NCBI GenBank assembly: GCA_016699265.1
Contig: CP064967.1
Span: 120,001 to 152,000, forward strand
Source: Candidatus Saccharimonadota bacterium
GTDB lineage: Bacteria; Patescibacteriota; Microgenomatia; UBA1406; GWC2-37-13
Length of the DNA: 32,000 bases
Reading direction: 5' to 3'
Positions 16,760 through 24,807 of the stretch are shown here, piece by piece. The notes below the pieces were generated by a model. It was not told where the DNA came from. It did no database searches and worked only from the letters and a program-made list of their open reading frames with translations. Both the position numbers and the translations under genes were made by a program. How positions within the stretch are numbered: position 1 is the stretch's first letter; each line of letters starts with the position of its first letter.

Positions 16760-17905
16760 GTGACGAAGGCGGACCCGTTTCCTGCTACAATTTTACAAAT
16801 GGAAGTTGGTACAGAAATAAGAGAGAAGCCCCCAAAGCCCTCATTTCAACTACAATCTCCTCTAGAATTTCGAGATAATTTTGTTCAAGCGGCGCAAATC
16901 GCACAAAATCAGGTTGGCATAGAAACAATGCAGTATGAAGTCTGCGATGAAACGAGACCCATCTTTGAATCGCTTCTAAACACAGATGCAACAAGTGTGA
17001 GATTCCAATCAGATAGGGTAGCAGGCAGTCACATTGCGGTAGGTGATAGCAAGGCTATTGTGCTAAAAGGATTGACATTGCCCTACAAAGGAACGGAGTG
17101 GGGTGCTTTACAGAGAGCGAGTAACGAGCGGGAGATGATCATGCGAAAACTTAAAGATAGAGGCATCGGATTTGAAGGGGAAAAGCATGGTTTATTTAGA
17201 CATAACCATGTTAAATTGGCCATTGCGGACAACGTAGCTTGGTTTGGCACTATGAATCTCCGTAAGCTTGATTTTGACATTTCCAACTTCATGATGAAGG
17301 TCGAAGATCCATATTGGGTTGATGTGCTGAAGGACGTATTTGACCAGACTGAGCAATCCGGAATAGTTGAGGATCGAATTTTCAAGAAGGATGATTCAAG
17401 CGATACTGAGTTACTTCTGGATGCCGGAGTTCCAAAGCAATCAGCCATTTTTCAGCGAGCCCATGAAATGGTGCGGTCTATGAAAGAGGGGGATGAATTC
17501 GTTTACGTTGGTCAGTGGCCGCCAGTACGAGTCATGATGGGAAGCCTGCTTGATGCAATGCAAACTAAAGCAGACGAGGGCGTGAACGGTACGTTCTTAA
17601 TGAGTCCTGAGGACGAACTTCATCCCATAGGTGGAGTATCTAATTTTCTTCAGCGTAAAGTTGACAAAAAGTTTGCTTCAAAGCCTCACCTAACTGCAGA
17701 AAATTTACCAGTGGGAACTCATGCAAAGATTTTAATGATAAAAAGGAAGGATGGTAGTAGGGAAGTACTGTTTGGATCGCATAACTTAACGAGCTGGACA
17801 GTTTGGACGGGAACAAGAGAGTTATCAATGTGGACGAAAGATCCAGTTATCATAGAACAACTAAACGGTTTTGTTGAAGGGGTAAAAAAGCGATTAGTAT
17901 TGTAA
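16760..17905 (+). CDS. phospholipase D-superfamily protein with two HKD-type motifs
   Basis: Motif 1 is HVKLAIADNVAWFGTMN (HxKxxxxD...GTxN). Motif 2 is HAKILMIK...VLFGSHNLT (HxK...GSxN, with the Asp position replaced). The track start is GTG; an alternative ATG lies at 16799. Confidence 0.72.
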   Translation: MTKADPFPATILQMEVGTEIREKPPKPSFQLQSPLEFRDNFVQAAQIAQNQVGIETMQYEVCDETRPIFESLLNTDATSVRFQSDRVAGSHIAVGDSKAIVLKGLTLPYKGTEWGALQRASNEREMIMRKLKDRGIGFEGEKHGLFRHNHVKLAIADNVAWFGTMNLRKLDFDISNFMMKVEDPYWVDVLKDVFDQTEQSGIVEDRIFKKDDSSDTELLLDAGVPKQSAIFQRAHEMVRSMKEGDEFVYVGQWPPVRVMMGSLLDAMQTKADEGVNGTFLMSPEDELHPIGGVSNFLQRKVDKKFASKPHLTAENLPVGTHAKILMIKRKDGSREVLFGSHNLTSWTVWTGTRELSMWTKDPVIIEQLNGFVEGVKKRLVL

Positions 17906-18011
17906 TAGTTTTTGCATAGAGATGGTCGAAATTGAAAACTGTGAGAGTAAGAAAAAAACTTTGGGAATGACTACTGAAAATATTTATAAACTTCAATAAA
18001 CAGCCTATAGT

Positions 18012-18040
18012 TTGAAAATTGTGTGTTTTTATGCTAAAAT
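18012..18040 (+). promoter_or_regulatory. sigma70-like promoter (TTGAAA-17 nt-TAAAAT)
   Basis: -35 at 18012-18017 and -10 at 18035-18040, with only 9 nt to the ATG at 18050 and no Shine-Dalgarno. This implies a leaderless or near-leaderless mRNA. Confidence 0.4.
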
Positions 18041-18049
18041 TAGAGTGTT

Positions 18050-18646
18050 ATGACAAATCAAATCGAAGGAAGAAATATTGGAGAAAAAGTACGAGAAGCG
18101 CGTTCCCATTCCATTAAAGGGATGCTACTACAAAGAGCTACGAGAGGACCATTTTGTATTCCGCTAGGACCAGAGGGAGAATCTGTTCCAATAATTTTTA
18201 CGAAACCTGCTACTAATCCTAGAAATGGATCTACTTTCGTAATTGTCGATCCCATAAGCGGATGTTGGGGGGTACACATTGCCAACGGACGACTAAGCCC
18301 TGGCACTCCAACGGCAGATCAACTTGCTCAGGATGAATTACAGATATCTTTAGCTGAAACTTTGGAAGGAGCGGCAGTGAATGACACGCGTCTATCAGGA
18401 GCGATTAAATATGTTCCTGACAAATATGGTTTGCGAATAACGATTCAGGGTGTCACGTTTCATAAGTTCGGTAGGGGAGCCAACTGCAGTATAGTGAGAC
18501 CTACAGAGAAAATTGTTGAAAAAGCTCTACAGGCCAGTTTATCATTCGGTAAAACGGTATTAACGGGAGAGGTGCTAAAAGATGAAGTGAGAGTTATGAG
18601 ATTTATTTCTGATACTTTAGATCGAGGTTTAGATGATAAAAGCTGA
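18050..18646 (+). CDS. hypothetical protein (198 aa)
   Basis: A clean ORF with its own promoter-like signal. No motif was recognised. Confidence 0.55.
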   Translation: MTNQIEGRNIGEKVREARSHSIKGMLLQRATRGPFCIPLGPEGESVPIIFTKPATNPRNGSTFVIVDPISGCWGVHIANGRLSPGTPTADQLAQDELQISLAETLEGAAVNDTRLSGAIKYVPDKYGLRITIQGVTFHKFGRGANCSIVRPTEKIVEKALQASLSFGKTVLTGEVLKDEVRVMRFISDTLDRGLDDKS

Positions 18647-18659
18647 GAATTGCCGTTAC

Positions 18660-20195
18660 TCAGTGATTAATCTTCGGGAAGGTGATTTTGAGGTCGTTTT
18701 TAAGTTTTTCTATGTTAATCTTCATGTACTCTTTCAAGGCTTCGTTAAGTTCTGAGTTCTCAACTTTCTGTTCGTTGGCTTTAGATTGAAGTAGTGATAT
18801 ATAAAATAATAAGCGTTGTACCGAAGGTCTATCATATTTTTTTAGATTGCTCCATGAAAACGACTTAGCCAACGATTTGCGATTATGAAAGGTCTGCATA
18901 TTAGACAAATAGATTGATTTATCGACCCGATTAGACCCGTCAACATTTCCGACAGAGCTTAGAAAATATGACTTAACGAGTTTTACATTGCGCGATAGTG
19001 CAGATCCACCGGCAGAGTCAAATTCTGGTACTACCGATCCAATTGCTTCGGCCCGTGCGCGAGCAATGCTTGGTAAAAAGCAGCTAATCGCGGAATCGTA
19101 GTGCTTGCGATTAGCGAGTTGAACATACTCTTTCATGCGATCGCTGTAGCCGTCTATAAGCTGGCCATTATCAGAGGTTAATTTTGGTGATTTTCTAGCT
19201 CTCAAGCCATCAAAAACATCCAGCAAAAGTCCCTGCACTAATAAAAACATACCACCTAGGTGCTTTTTAGTTATTGAATGTTGTACTAATTCCAAGCCCT
19301 TGAGAGATAGTTGATCTGATGTTAGTTTTGGATAAATAAAAGGTTCTAGAATTGAAAAAAATGAGGATGAGACAGATCTATAGGGACTATTCCGAATTGA
19401 TTTTTCAATGTTTAATTTTGAAGTAATAATTCTCAATATATTCTCAGGAGGGCTTCCTTCAAGAATGGTTACCTTAGTATTTTTAAGTTCCATTCGGGCC
19501 ATGGCAGTGGGATTTACGGCGTACCCCTCAGAGGATGCATCCATGAGCATTGGCAGATCGACGAGTGCGTCTCCAAATACTAAATTCGCTTTTGGTCTGA
19601 GCGTGTTAAGAACGTGTTTCATGCCAACGTCCTTACCAGCAGTAGATGGAATAAGAAGTAAATACCCTGAGAAAATAACCTCTGTATTCGGTAAGAGGAT
19701 TTGCTCAGTTCGTAGAACTTTGGTGTCGCTTACCACTGAAAGAACGGCTTTTACAAATTTATTCAGTTCCTCAACAGGAATTTTGTTAATCCAGATTCGA
19801 GTCATATATTCGTTGTGAGTGTCAAAAAGAGCCGCGTTGTATTCCTTAAGAATAGGTTGTATCGCCTTTAGAATTTTGGCTTTGTTCCATCCAGTTTTTT
19901 GCATTATTTTTTCCCATTCTTCGTCCAGCTCATATGTATTACCTCTTCTCCATACTATTTTTGTACCGGCCCCATACACGACGACATCTGGTTTTTTCAT
20001 TCCTGCAGCAGCAATCTGTACATCAGAAAAGGTGTCCCAGATAGGTCTGCCGGTGTTTAAGATGAAGGGAATGTTGTGACTATTTAAAAGACTAGTAGTC
20101 TGAGCATTGTAATACCAAGCTATAAATGCCTTCAGATTTGGGTCAAAAAGAGTACCATCAAAGTCTGAGGTGACGGTGAAGGCAGGTTGAGTCAT
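18660..20195 (-). CDS. HAD-IIB-like phosphatase fused to a CDP-alcohol phosphatidyltransferase-signature region
   Basis: The N-terminal half carries HAD motifs: I DFDGTL, II LNTGR, III AGK, IV FGDALVDLPM. Residues 326-351 (nt 19143-19220) read DVFDGLRARKSPKLTSDNGQLIDGYSD, matching D-x2-DG-x2-AR-x9-G-x3-D-x3-D. Only one hydrophobic helix (GGMFLLVQGLLL) is evident. Confidence 0.65.
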   Translation of the reverse strand: MTQPAFTVTSDFDGTLFDPNLKAFIAWYYNAQTTSLLNSHNIPFILNTGRPIWDTFSDVQIAAAGMKKPDVVVYGAGTKIVWRRGNTYELDEEWEKIMQKTGWNKAKILKAIQPILKEYNAALFDTHNEYMTRIWINKIPVEELNKFVKAVLSVVSDTKVLRTEQILLPNTEVIFSGYLLLIPSTAGKDVGMKHVLNTLRPKANLVFGDALVDLPMLMDASSEGYAVNPTAMARMELKNTKVTILEGSPPENILRIITSKLNIEKSIRNSPYRSVSSSFFSILEPFIYPKLTSDQLSLKGLELVQHSITKKHLGGMFLLVQGLLLDVFDGLRARKSPKLTSDNGQLIDGYSDRMKEYVQLANRKHYDSAISCFLPSIARARAEAIGSVVPEFDSAGGSALSRNVKLVKSYFLSSVGNVDGSNRVDKSIYLSNMQTFHNRKSLAKSFSWSNLKKYDRPSVQRLLFYISLLQSKANEQKVENSELNEALKEYMKINIEKLKNDLKITFPKINH

Positions 20196-21061
20196 AGTTG
20201 ATTACGGGTAAGAGTGTTATATAATCCAAAAATTGCCTTTCCCAGTAAGCCTTTACCGTGCGCAAAGGAGGTTCCTAGGGTTTGCCAGTACCAAGCAAGA
20301 ATCGCTCTCTTTGAAAGTACTGCTGGTAAGGTGCTTCGTTGTAGTTTTCGTATGTACTGCTGCCAAGATTGATAGTATTGTTTGGAGTTGTAGGCTACTG
20401 AATGTTTTAGTCCTTCTTTAACTACTTGAGATGAGAGTTTTTTTAGCAACCTAACTTTTTCTATATCCTTTTGTTTGACTCCACTTGGAGACCGAAACTG
20501 ATATGCGTAGTAGTCGGCTAGGGGATTGCGAGTTGTGTAGCAAACTCCTCCCTCCAAAACTACCGTCCAAGACTCAAGTGATTCAACCGTTATAGCTTCT
20601 TTAACCTCGTCAAACATGAGAAAATAGTGACCATTTTTGACACCTATTTCAGTAACGTACTGAAAAAATTGTCCAGCTTTCCCCTTTTCTTTTATTTGGC
20701 GTACACCCTCTATAGAGATGGAAGGAGTAAATGAAATTTTGTTTCGGGTTTTCCATTTTAACTCTCTTACATATTCCTTAAGTTTTTTAATGTCCGATTG
20801 ATTTTGGGTGAAAAAAATAATATCAATATCTCGGACAGTGCCATCGTCGCGTAGCAGAGTAACTGGATTGTGTTTTTTCAGCTCAATTTTACGGTTGGAA
20901 ATATCGATTGTATAAACTGTTTTGTCATTAAGGAGTCCGCCATATGAGATTCCGCCAACGAATCGATGATTTATGTCGTTATTTTTGCAAAATAACTCGA
21001 GATCGAGAACCATTTCCTCCATAATTGCGGGATAGAGTTTATGCTGTTGTGCTGCGGACAT
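20192..21061 (-). CDS. hypothetical protein, weakly nucleotidyltransferase-like
   Basis: VGGISYGGLL ... DGTVRDIDIIFF resembles the GG...D.D signature of Pol-beta-fold NTases, but the spacing is unusually long. Its stop overlaps the next gene's start by 4 nt (ATGA), which suggests coupling. Confidence 0.45.
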   Translation of the reverse strand: MSAAQQHKLYPAIMEEMVLDLELFCKNNDINHRFVGGISYGGLLNDKTVYTIDISNRKIELKKHNPVTLLRDDGTVRDIDIIFFTQNQSDIKKLKEYVRELKWKTRNKISFTPSISIEGVRQIKEKGKAGQFFQYVTEIGVKNGHYFLMFDEVKEAITVESLESWTVVLEGGVCYTTRNPLADYYAYQFRSPSGVKQKDIEKVRLLKKLSSQVVKEGLKHSVAYNSKQYYQSWQQYIRKLQRSTLPAVLSKRAILAWYWQTLGTSFAHGKGLLGKAIFGLYNTLTRNQL

Positions 21062-21100
21062 ATAGGTAATTATACCTATGATTTGGATTATAATGAGGGG

Positions 21101-22203
21101 ATGATTGGTAGAAGACTCCTACTTGCTATATTGCTATTTGCCACATTGCTAGGTGCTATTTGTTATTTCGGATTTTCTCTCTTTCAAAATCCGTAAGTAA
21201 AACCAATGTTGAGAGGTTGAGTCCGCAAGACATTAATGCTAAAAGCAAAAATCATTTAGCATTTAACAATTACAAACGGAGCATTTTTGTTCCATACTGG
21301 CAACTATCCGAAGTAATCAGCCGTCAGACCTCGATAGTCAGTATGATCGATACATATACTTCGGTGTAGCCGGTACAGTAGATGGAGTTCCAACAGATGA
21401 CCCAGGATACGAGCATATGGATGGATTTTTGAGTATGGCGAAAGGATCGCGATGGCTAACAATACGTATGACCGACTCGAGGTGAATGACGTTGTCTTGA
21501 GTAATAAAACGTCTCAAATAAAGGTGGTCAACGACTCGGTCCGAATCGCAAAGGAGCATGGATTTGACGGTTTAGTCCTCGATTTTGAGCAAAGCGGATT
21601 ATTTGGTACTGGAGAAAAGGAAATAACCTCTTTTTACAAATTATTTAATGAAAATGCTAAGCTGGGGAATCTCAAGTTTGCGGTGACGTTGTATGGTGAT
21701 GTCTTTTATCGCAAACGTCCCTATAACGTAGCTGAAATAGCAAAAACTGTGACGAAGTTATGATCATGGCCTACGATCTACATAAGAGTAGAGGAGAGCC
21801 AGGACCCAACTTTCCATTGAAAGCAGGAAAAACTTATGGGTATGGTTACGACCTTCTCTTTAACGATATTGAAAAGTTGGTTCCGGCAGAGAAACTTGAC
21901 GGTAATCTTCGGAATGTATGGGTATGACTGGAAGGTGGATGAACAGAAAACGACCAATAACTCAGGCAAATTTCACTTACCTCGGCACAAATTATTAAAG
22001 AATACATAGAAAGATGTGACAGCCTACACTGTACTAAGCTAGTGGATCCGGTCTCTGCAGAAACAGAGATTAATTACGTTGGTGCGGATGGGCGATATCA
22101 CATTATTTGGTTTGAGGATGAGGAGTCGACTCAGAAAAAGGAAGCGTTTTTGAAACAAAAGGGAGTCGAGTCTGTCGCGTACTGGGCCTACGGATACTTC
22201 TAG
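21101..22203 (+). pseudogene. glycoside hydrolase family 18 (chitinase / YaaH-like) pseudogene with multiple frameshifts
   Basis: The signal-anchor start MIGRRLLLAILLFATLLGAICYF stops at 21196. Homologous pieces continue in other frames: IFVPYW; YDRYIYFGVAGTVDG; the GH18 catalytic motif FDGLVLDFE in the 21452-21763 ORF; IMAYDLH...GPNFPL; VIFGMYGYDW; HIIWFEDEES..KK..FLKQKGV.SVAYWAYGYF ending at 22203. At least 5 frame changes are needed. Confidence 0.75.
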
Positions 22204-22269
22204 ACGAGTCGAATGTCTATAAAGTCTATAAGGTCCGTTAGGACTATAAAGTCCACGATTTGTAGAGCG

Positions 22270-22596
22270 TCAGACTTCCGACTTTATGGACTTTACGACC
22301 TGCCTGCCGGCAGGCAAGCTTTTTGACTTTATGGACTTGGCTGGAAATGCGCCCATTTCTTTTAATTTCCACATAAATAGAGCTGCTTTGTTCTTTGCGT
22401 TGGCGTCTATGACGAAACGAAGTGCCATCTCAAGAAGTGGCCTTGGAACGGTCTTTGCAAACTTAATATAAAGACCCTTGCGACGTGGATCCTCAAGTCG
22501 TTCTGCGAGATTTACACCAAAGGCTTGGAATTCACGGGAGACGTACTTGTCCTTGAGGGGATTGAACTTTTTGAGAACATCCTTTACTGAGTGCAT
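22270..22596 (-). CDS. hypothetical protein (108 aa) whose C-terminus is encoded by a repeat element
   Basis: The last 25 codons or so (AKSIKSKSLPAGRQVVKSIKSEV) are translated from palindrome copy 4 and its flanking direct repeats. Confidence 0.55.
   Translation of the reverse strand: MHSVKDVLKKFNPLKDKYVSREFQAFGVNLAERLEDPRRKGLYIKFAKTVPRPLLEMALRFVIDANAKNKAALFMWKLKEMGAFPAKSIKSKSLPAGRQVVKSIKSEV
22299..22318. repeat. GC-rich palindrome, copy 4 (CCTGCCTGCCGGCAGGCAAG)
   Basis: 19/20 match to the consensus. It is flanked by a perfect 14-bp direct repeat, gactttatggactt, at 22280-22293 and 22325-22338. Confidence 0.92.
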
Positions 22597-22721
22597 TGCA
22601 GTATGTTAATTTATCTATTTATTATTTTCCATTGATCATTGATTGGTCAATTTAAATATTGAATTAAAACAATATTCAAATAAATGACAAATTAAAAATA
22701 ACAAATTATTAAATAATAATG

Positions 22722-23618
22722 TTATTTTGCTGGGAAGTCGGGGACGTTTGGAAGATCAGCAGATGGAGCCACGTCAGACGTGGCTGGAGTTGGCATGTCA
22801 ACAGCTGGCACGGGTGTGGGCTCAGGTGATGGTACAGGAGCTGGTTCCGGCGTTGGCGGTGTAACTGGTTGATCTACTGGAGCTGCTGGCATGGTCATGT
22901 CAGCGTTAGCGCTTTGAACAGTGGGTGTCGTTGCAGATACTTTTTGTTGTAGATCGGCAAGAATTGCATCGAGTGGATTATTTGCTGTTTGAACGGCCTT
23001 GTCCGCCGTAGCCTCTGGCGTTGGAGGAGTGGTTGGCTCAGGAGCAGCTGGCATCGCGTCAGACGCGACTGGCGCCACGTCAGACGTGGCTGGCGCAACT
23101 GGCTGATCAACTGGTGCCTGTGGCATCGTCATATCTGCGTTTGCAGTTTGAACTTCTGGTTCAACAGGTGCTGGAGTCTCAACGACTGGTGCGGGTGTTG
23201 GTTCTGGCATTGGTGCAGGAGCTGGTTCCGGCATAGGGGCTGGAGTTGGCTCAGGTGCTGGAGGCATCGCGTCAGACGCGACTGGCGCCACGTCAGACGT
23301 GGCTGGCGCAACTGGCTGATCAACTGGTGCCTGTGGCATAGTCATATCTGCGTTTGCTGCTGCAACGGGAGCTCCTCCAAGCGCTGCATCGAACTCGGTC
23401 TGGGTGAATCCTTTGAGAACTGTAGAGGATCCGTCATCTTTTACAATCTGTGTTACTGGTGTTCCTGCAAAGTTGCTACCCAACTTCATCATTTCATCAA
23501 GATATCCTTTGTTTGTCTCAACATTGCGCTCTTCAAATGTGACTCCCTTTGAGGCGAGATAGTTTTTTTCTTGAGGTGTAAACTGGCAGTTATTTTGAGT
23601 ATAGATGACGACTTTCAT
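22722..23618 (-). CDS. glutaredoxin/NrdH-like domain protein with a long Pro/Ala-rich repetitive C-terminal region
   Basis: The N-terminus MKVVIYTQNNCQFTPQEKNYLASKGVTFEERNVE aligns by eye with NrdH (ITIYTRNDCVQCHATKRALENRGFDFEMINVD), but the active site is CQFT rather than CxxC. About 215 aa of PAPEPTP / ANADMTMPQAPVDQPVAPATSDVAPVASDAMP repeats follow. Confidence 0.6.
   Translation of the reverse strand: MKVVIYTQNNCQFTPQEKNYLASKGVTFEERNVETNKGYLDEMMKLGSNFAGTPVTQIVKDDGSSTVLKGFTQTEFDAALGGAPVAAANADMTMPQAPVDQPVAPATSDVAPVASDAMPPAPEPTPAPMPEPAPAPMPEPTPAPVVETPAPVEPEVQTANADMTMPQAPVDQPVAPATSDVAPVASDAMPAAPEPTTPPTPEATADKAVQTANNPLDAILADLQQKVSATTPTVQSANADMTMPAAPVDQPVTPPTPEPAPVPSPEPTPVPAVDMPTPATSDVAPSADLPNVPDFPAK
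23050..23357. repeat. two 95-bp direct repeats (23050-23144 and 23263-23357), 94/95 identical
   Basis: ggcatcgcgtcagacgcgactggcgccacgtcagacgtggctggcgcaactggctgatcaactggtgcctgtggcat[c/a]gtcatatctgcgtttgc. The period is 213 bp (71 codons). A diverged third copy lies near 22760-22915. Confidence 0.9.
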
Positions 23619-23671
23619 TAGTACGAATCATTATGAAGAATAAATGTAATTGTGTCAAGCGTTAATAGGGG

Positions 23672-24769
23672 TTAATTTTCCCTATTACTAAGTTTCATAT
23701 AGAGTTTTTCATAATCTGAGACCATTTTCTGTACTGAAAAGTTTTCCTCAACATGTTTACGGCAGTCTTCTTGATTTATGGTATGAATTTTTGCCAATGC
23801 TTCTTGTAGACCATCGACGCCTCGTTTCGGATCAACAAGAAAACCCGTTTTGCCATCGATAATAATCTCTGACGCTGCACCTCTGTTAAATGCAATGACT
23901 GGTGTACCGCAGGACATCGCCTCTGCCATCACGAGACCAAACGGTTCCTCTTGATTGATGGTCATAAGAAAGGCCTTTGCATTCTGGAACAACTCAATGA
24001 TAGTTGTAATTGGTGTAGATTGTTCGGCAGATGGTTCGCCAACGAATCTAATTTTATTGGTTAGGTATGGTTTAACATCGCGATCATAGAAATTTATATC
24101 TTCAACAGGCGCAGAGATTGCTAGATATGAGTTGGTTTTTTTGGCTAGTTCAATGGTCCAGCGAACACCTTTAGGATCCATGAATGTTCCGTTTTTGTGT
24201 TTTGACTTTGGAAGTCTTCCGAGCCAAAAAAGAAAATCTTTTTTCTCTTTCTGATAAGTGTAGAGGGTTGTATCGATGCCATTATGCACAACAGCAACGT
24301 TAGCATTATTTTTTATTTTCTGTTTGTAGGCTTCAGATAGTGCGACGTACTGTGTTTTCGGAAATGAACTAACAATATCGTCTACATAAAAATCATGGAC
24401 CACATGTAATGTGGTGATAAGTGGTTTGATAAGCTGATCTTCAATTACCGAAGGAAATAAATCGGGATAGGTGTGGTTGTGTATAACGTCTGCCCACAGT
24501 TGTTCTTTCAGAATCGCTTTTGATAGAAGCATTAGCTCAGCAATATCGCGTTGGAATTCATTTTCGACATGTTGTGCATTTACCCAAGGTTTTTCTACAA
24601 CCGGAACTGTTATAACTCCAGGTATAGAGCTATCGGCTGAGGAGAGCATCTTTACTGTATGTCCGCGTTTTACGAGCTCCTGACCGAGCTGATAGATAAT
24701 ACGAGTTCGAGAAGCAAACTCACCCTTAGCGACCCTCCGCTTGAGAGTTGCGACTAATAGTATGTTCAT
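23672..24769 (-). CDS. GT4-family glycosyltransferase
   Basis: C-terminal GT-B motif EPFGLVMAEAMSCGTPVIAF.RGA..EII.DG.TGFLV. Confidence 0.85.
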   Translation of the reverse strand: MNILLVATLKRRVAKGEFASRTRIIYQLGQELVKRGHTVKMLSSADSSIPGVITVPVVEKPWVNAQHVENEFQRDIAELMLLSKAILKEQLWADVIHNHTYPDLFPSVIEDQLIKPLITTLHVVHDFYVDDIVSSFPKTQYVALSEAYKQKIKNNANVAVVHNGIDTTLYTYQKEKKDFLFWLGRLPKSKHKNGTFMDPKGVRWTIELAKKTNSYLAISAPVEDINFYDRDVKPYLTNKIRFVGEPSAEQSTPITTIIELFQNAKAFLMTINQEEPFGLVMAEAMSCGTPVIAFNRGAASEIIIDGKTGFLVDPKRGVDGLQEALAKIHTINQEDCRKHVEENFSVQKMVSDYEKLYMKLSNREN

Positions 24770-24807
24770 ACTTACTTATACCGCGTAGGGTGTTTTTGGA
24801 AGTTCTC

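Noticed and set aside
22989-23552. Long plus-strand ORFs (187 aa and 71 aa) rich in W/R/C, antisense to the Pro-rich gene.
   Set aside because: These are typical shadow ORFs in a GC-rich repetitive coding region. The minus-strand frame has the recognisable NrdH-like domain.
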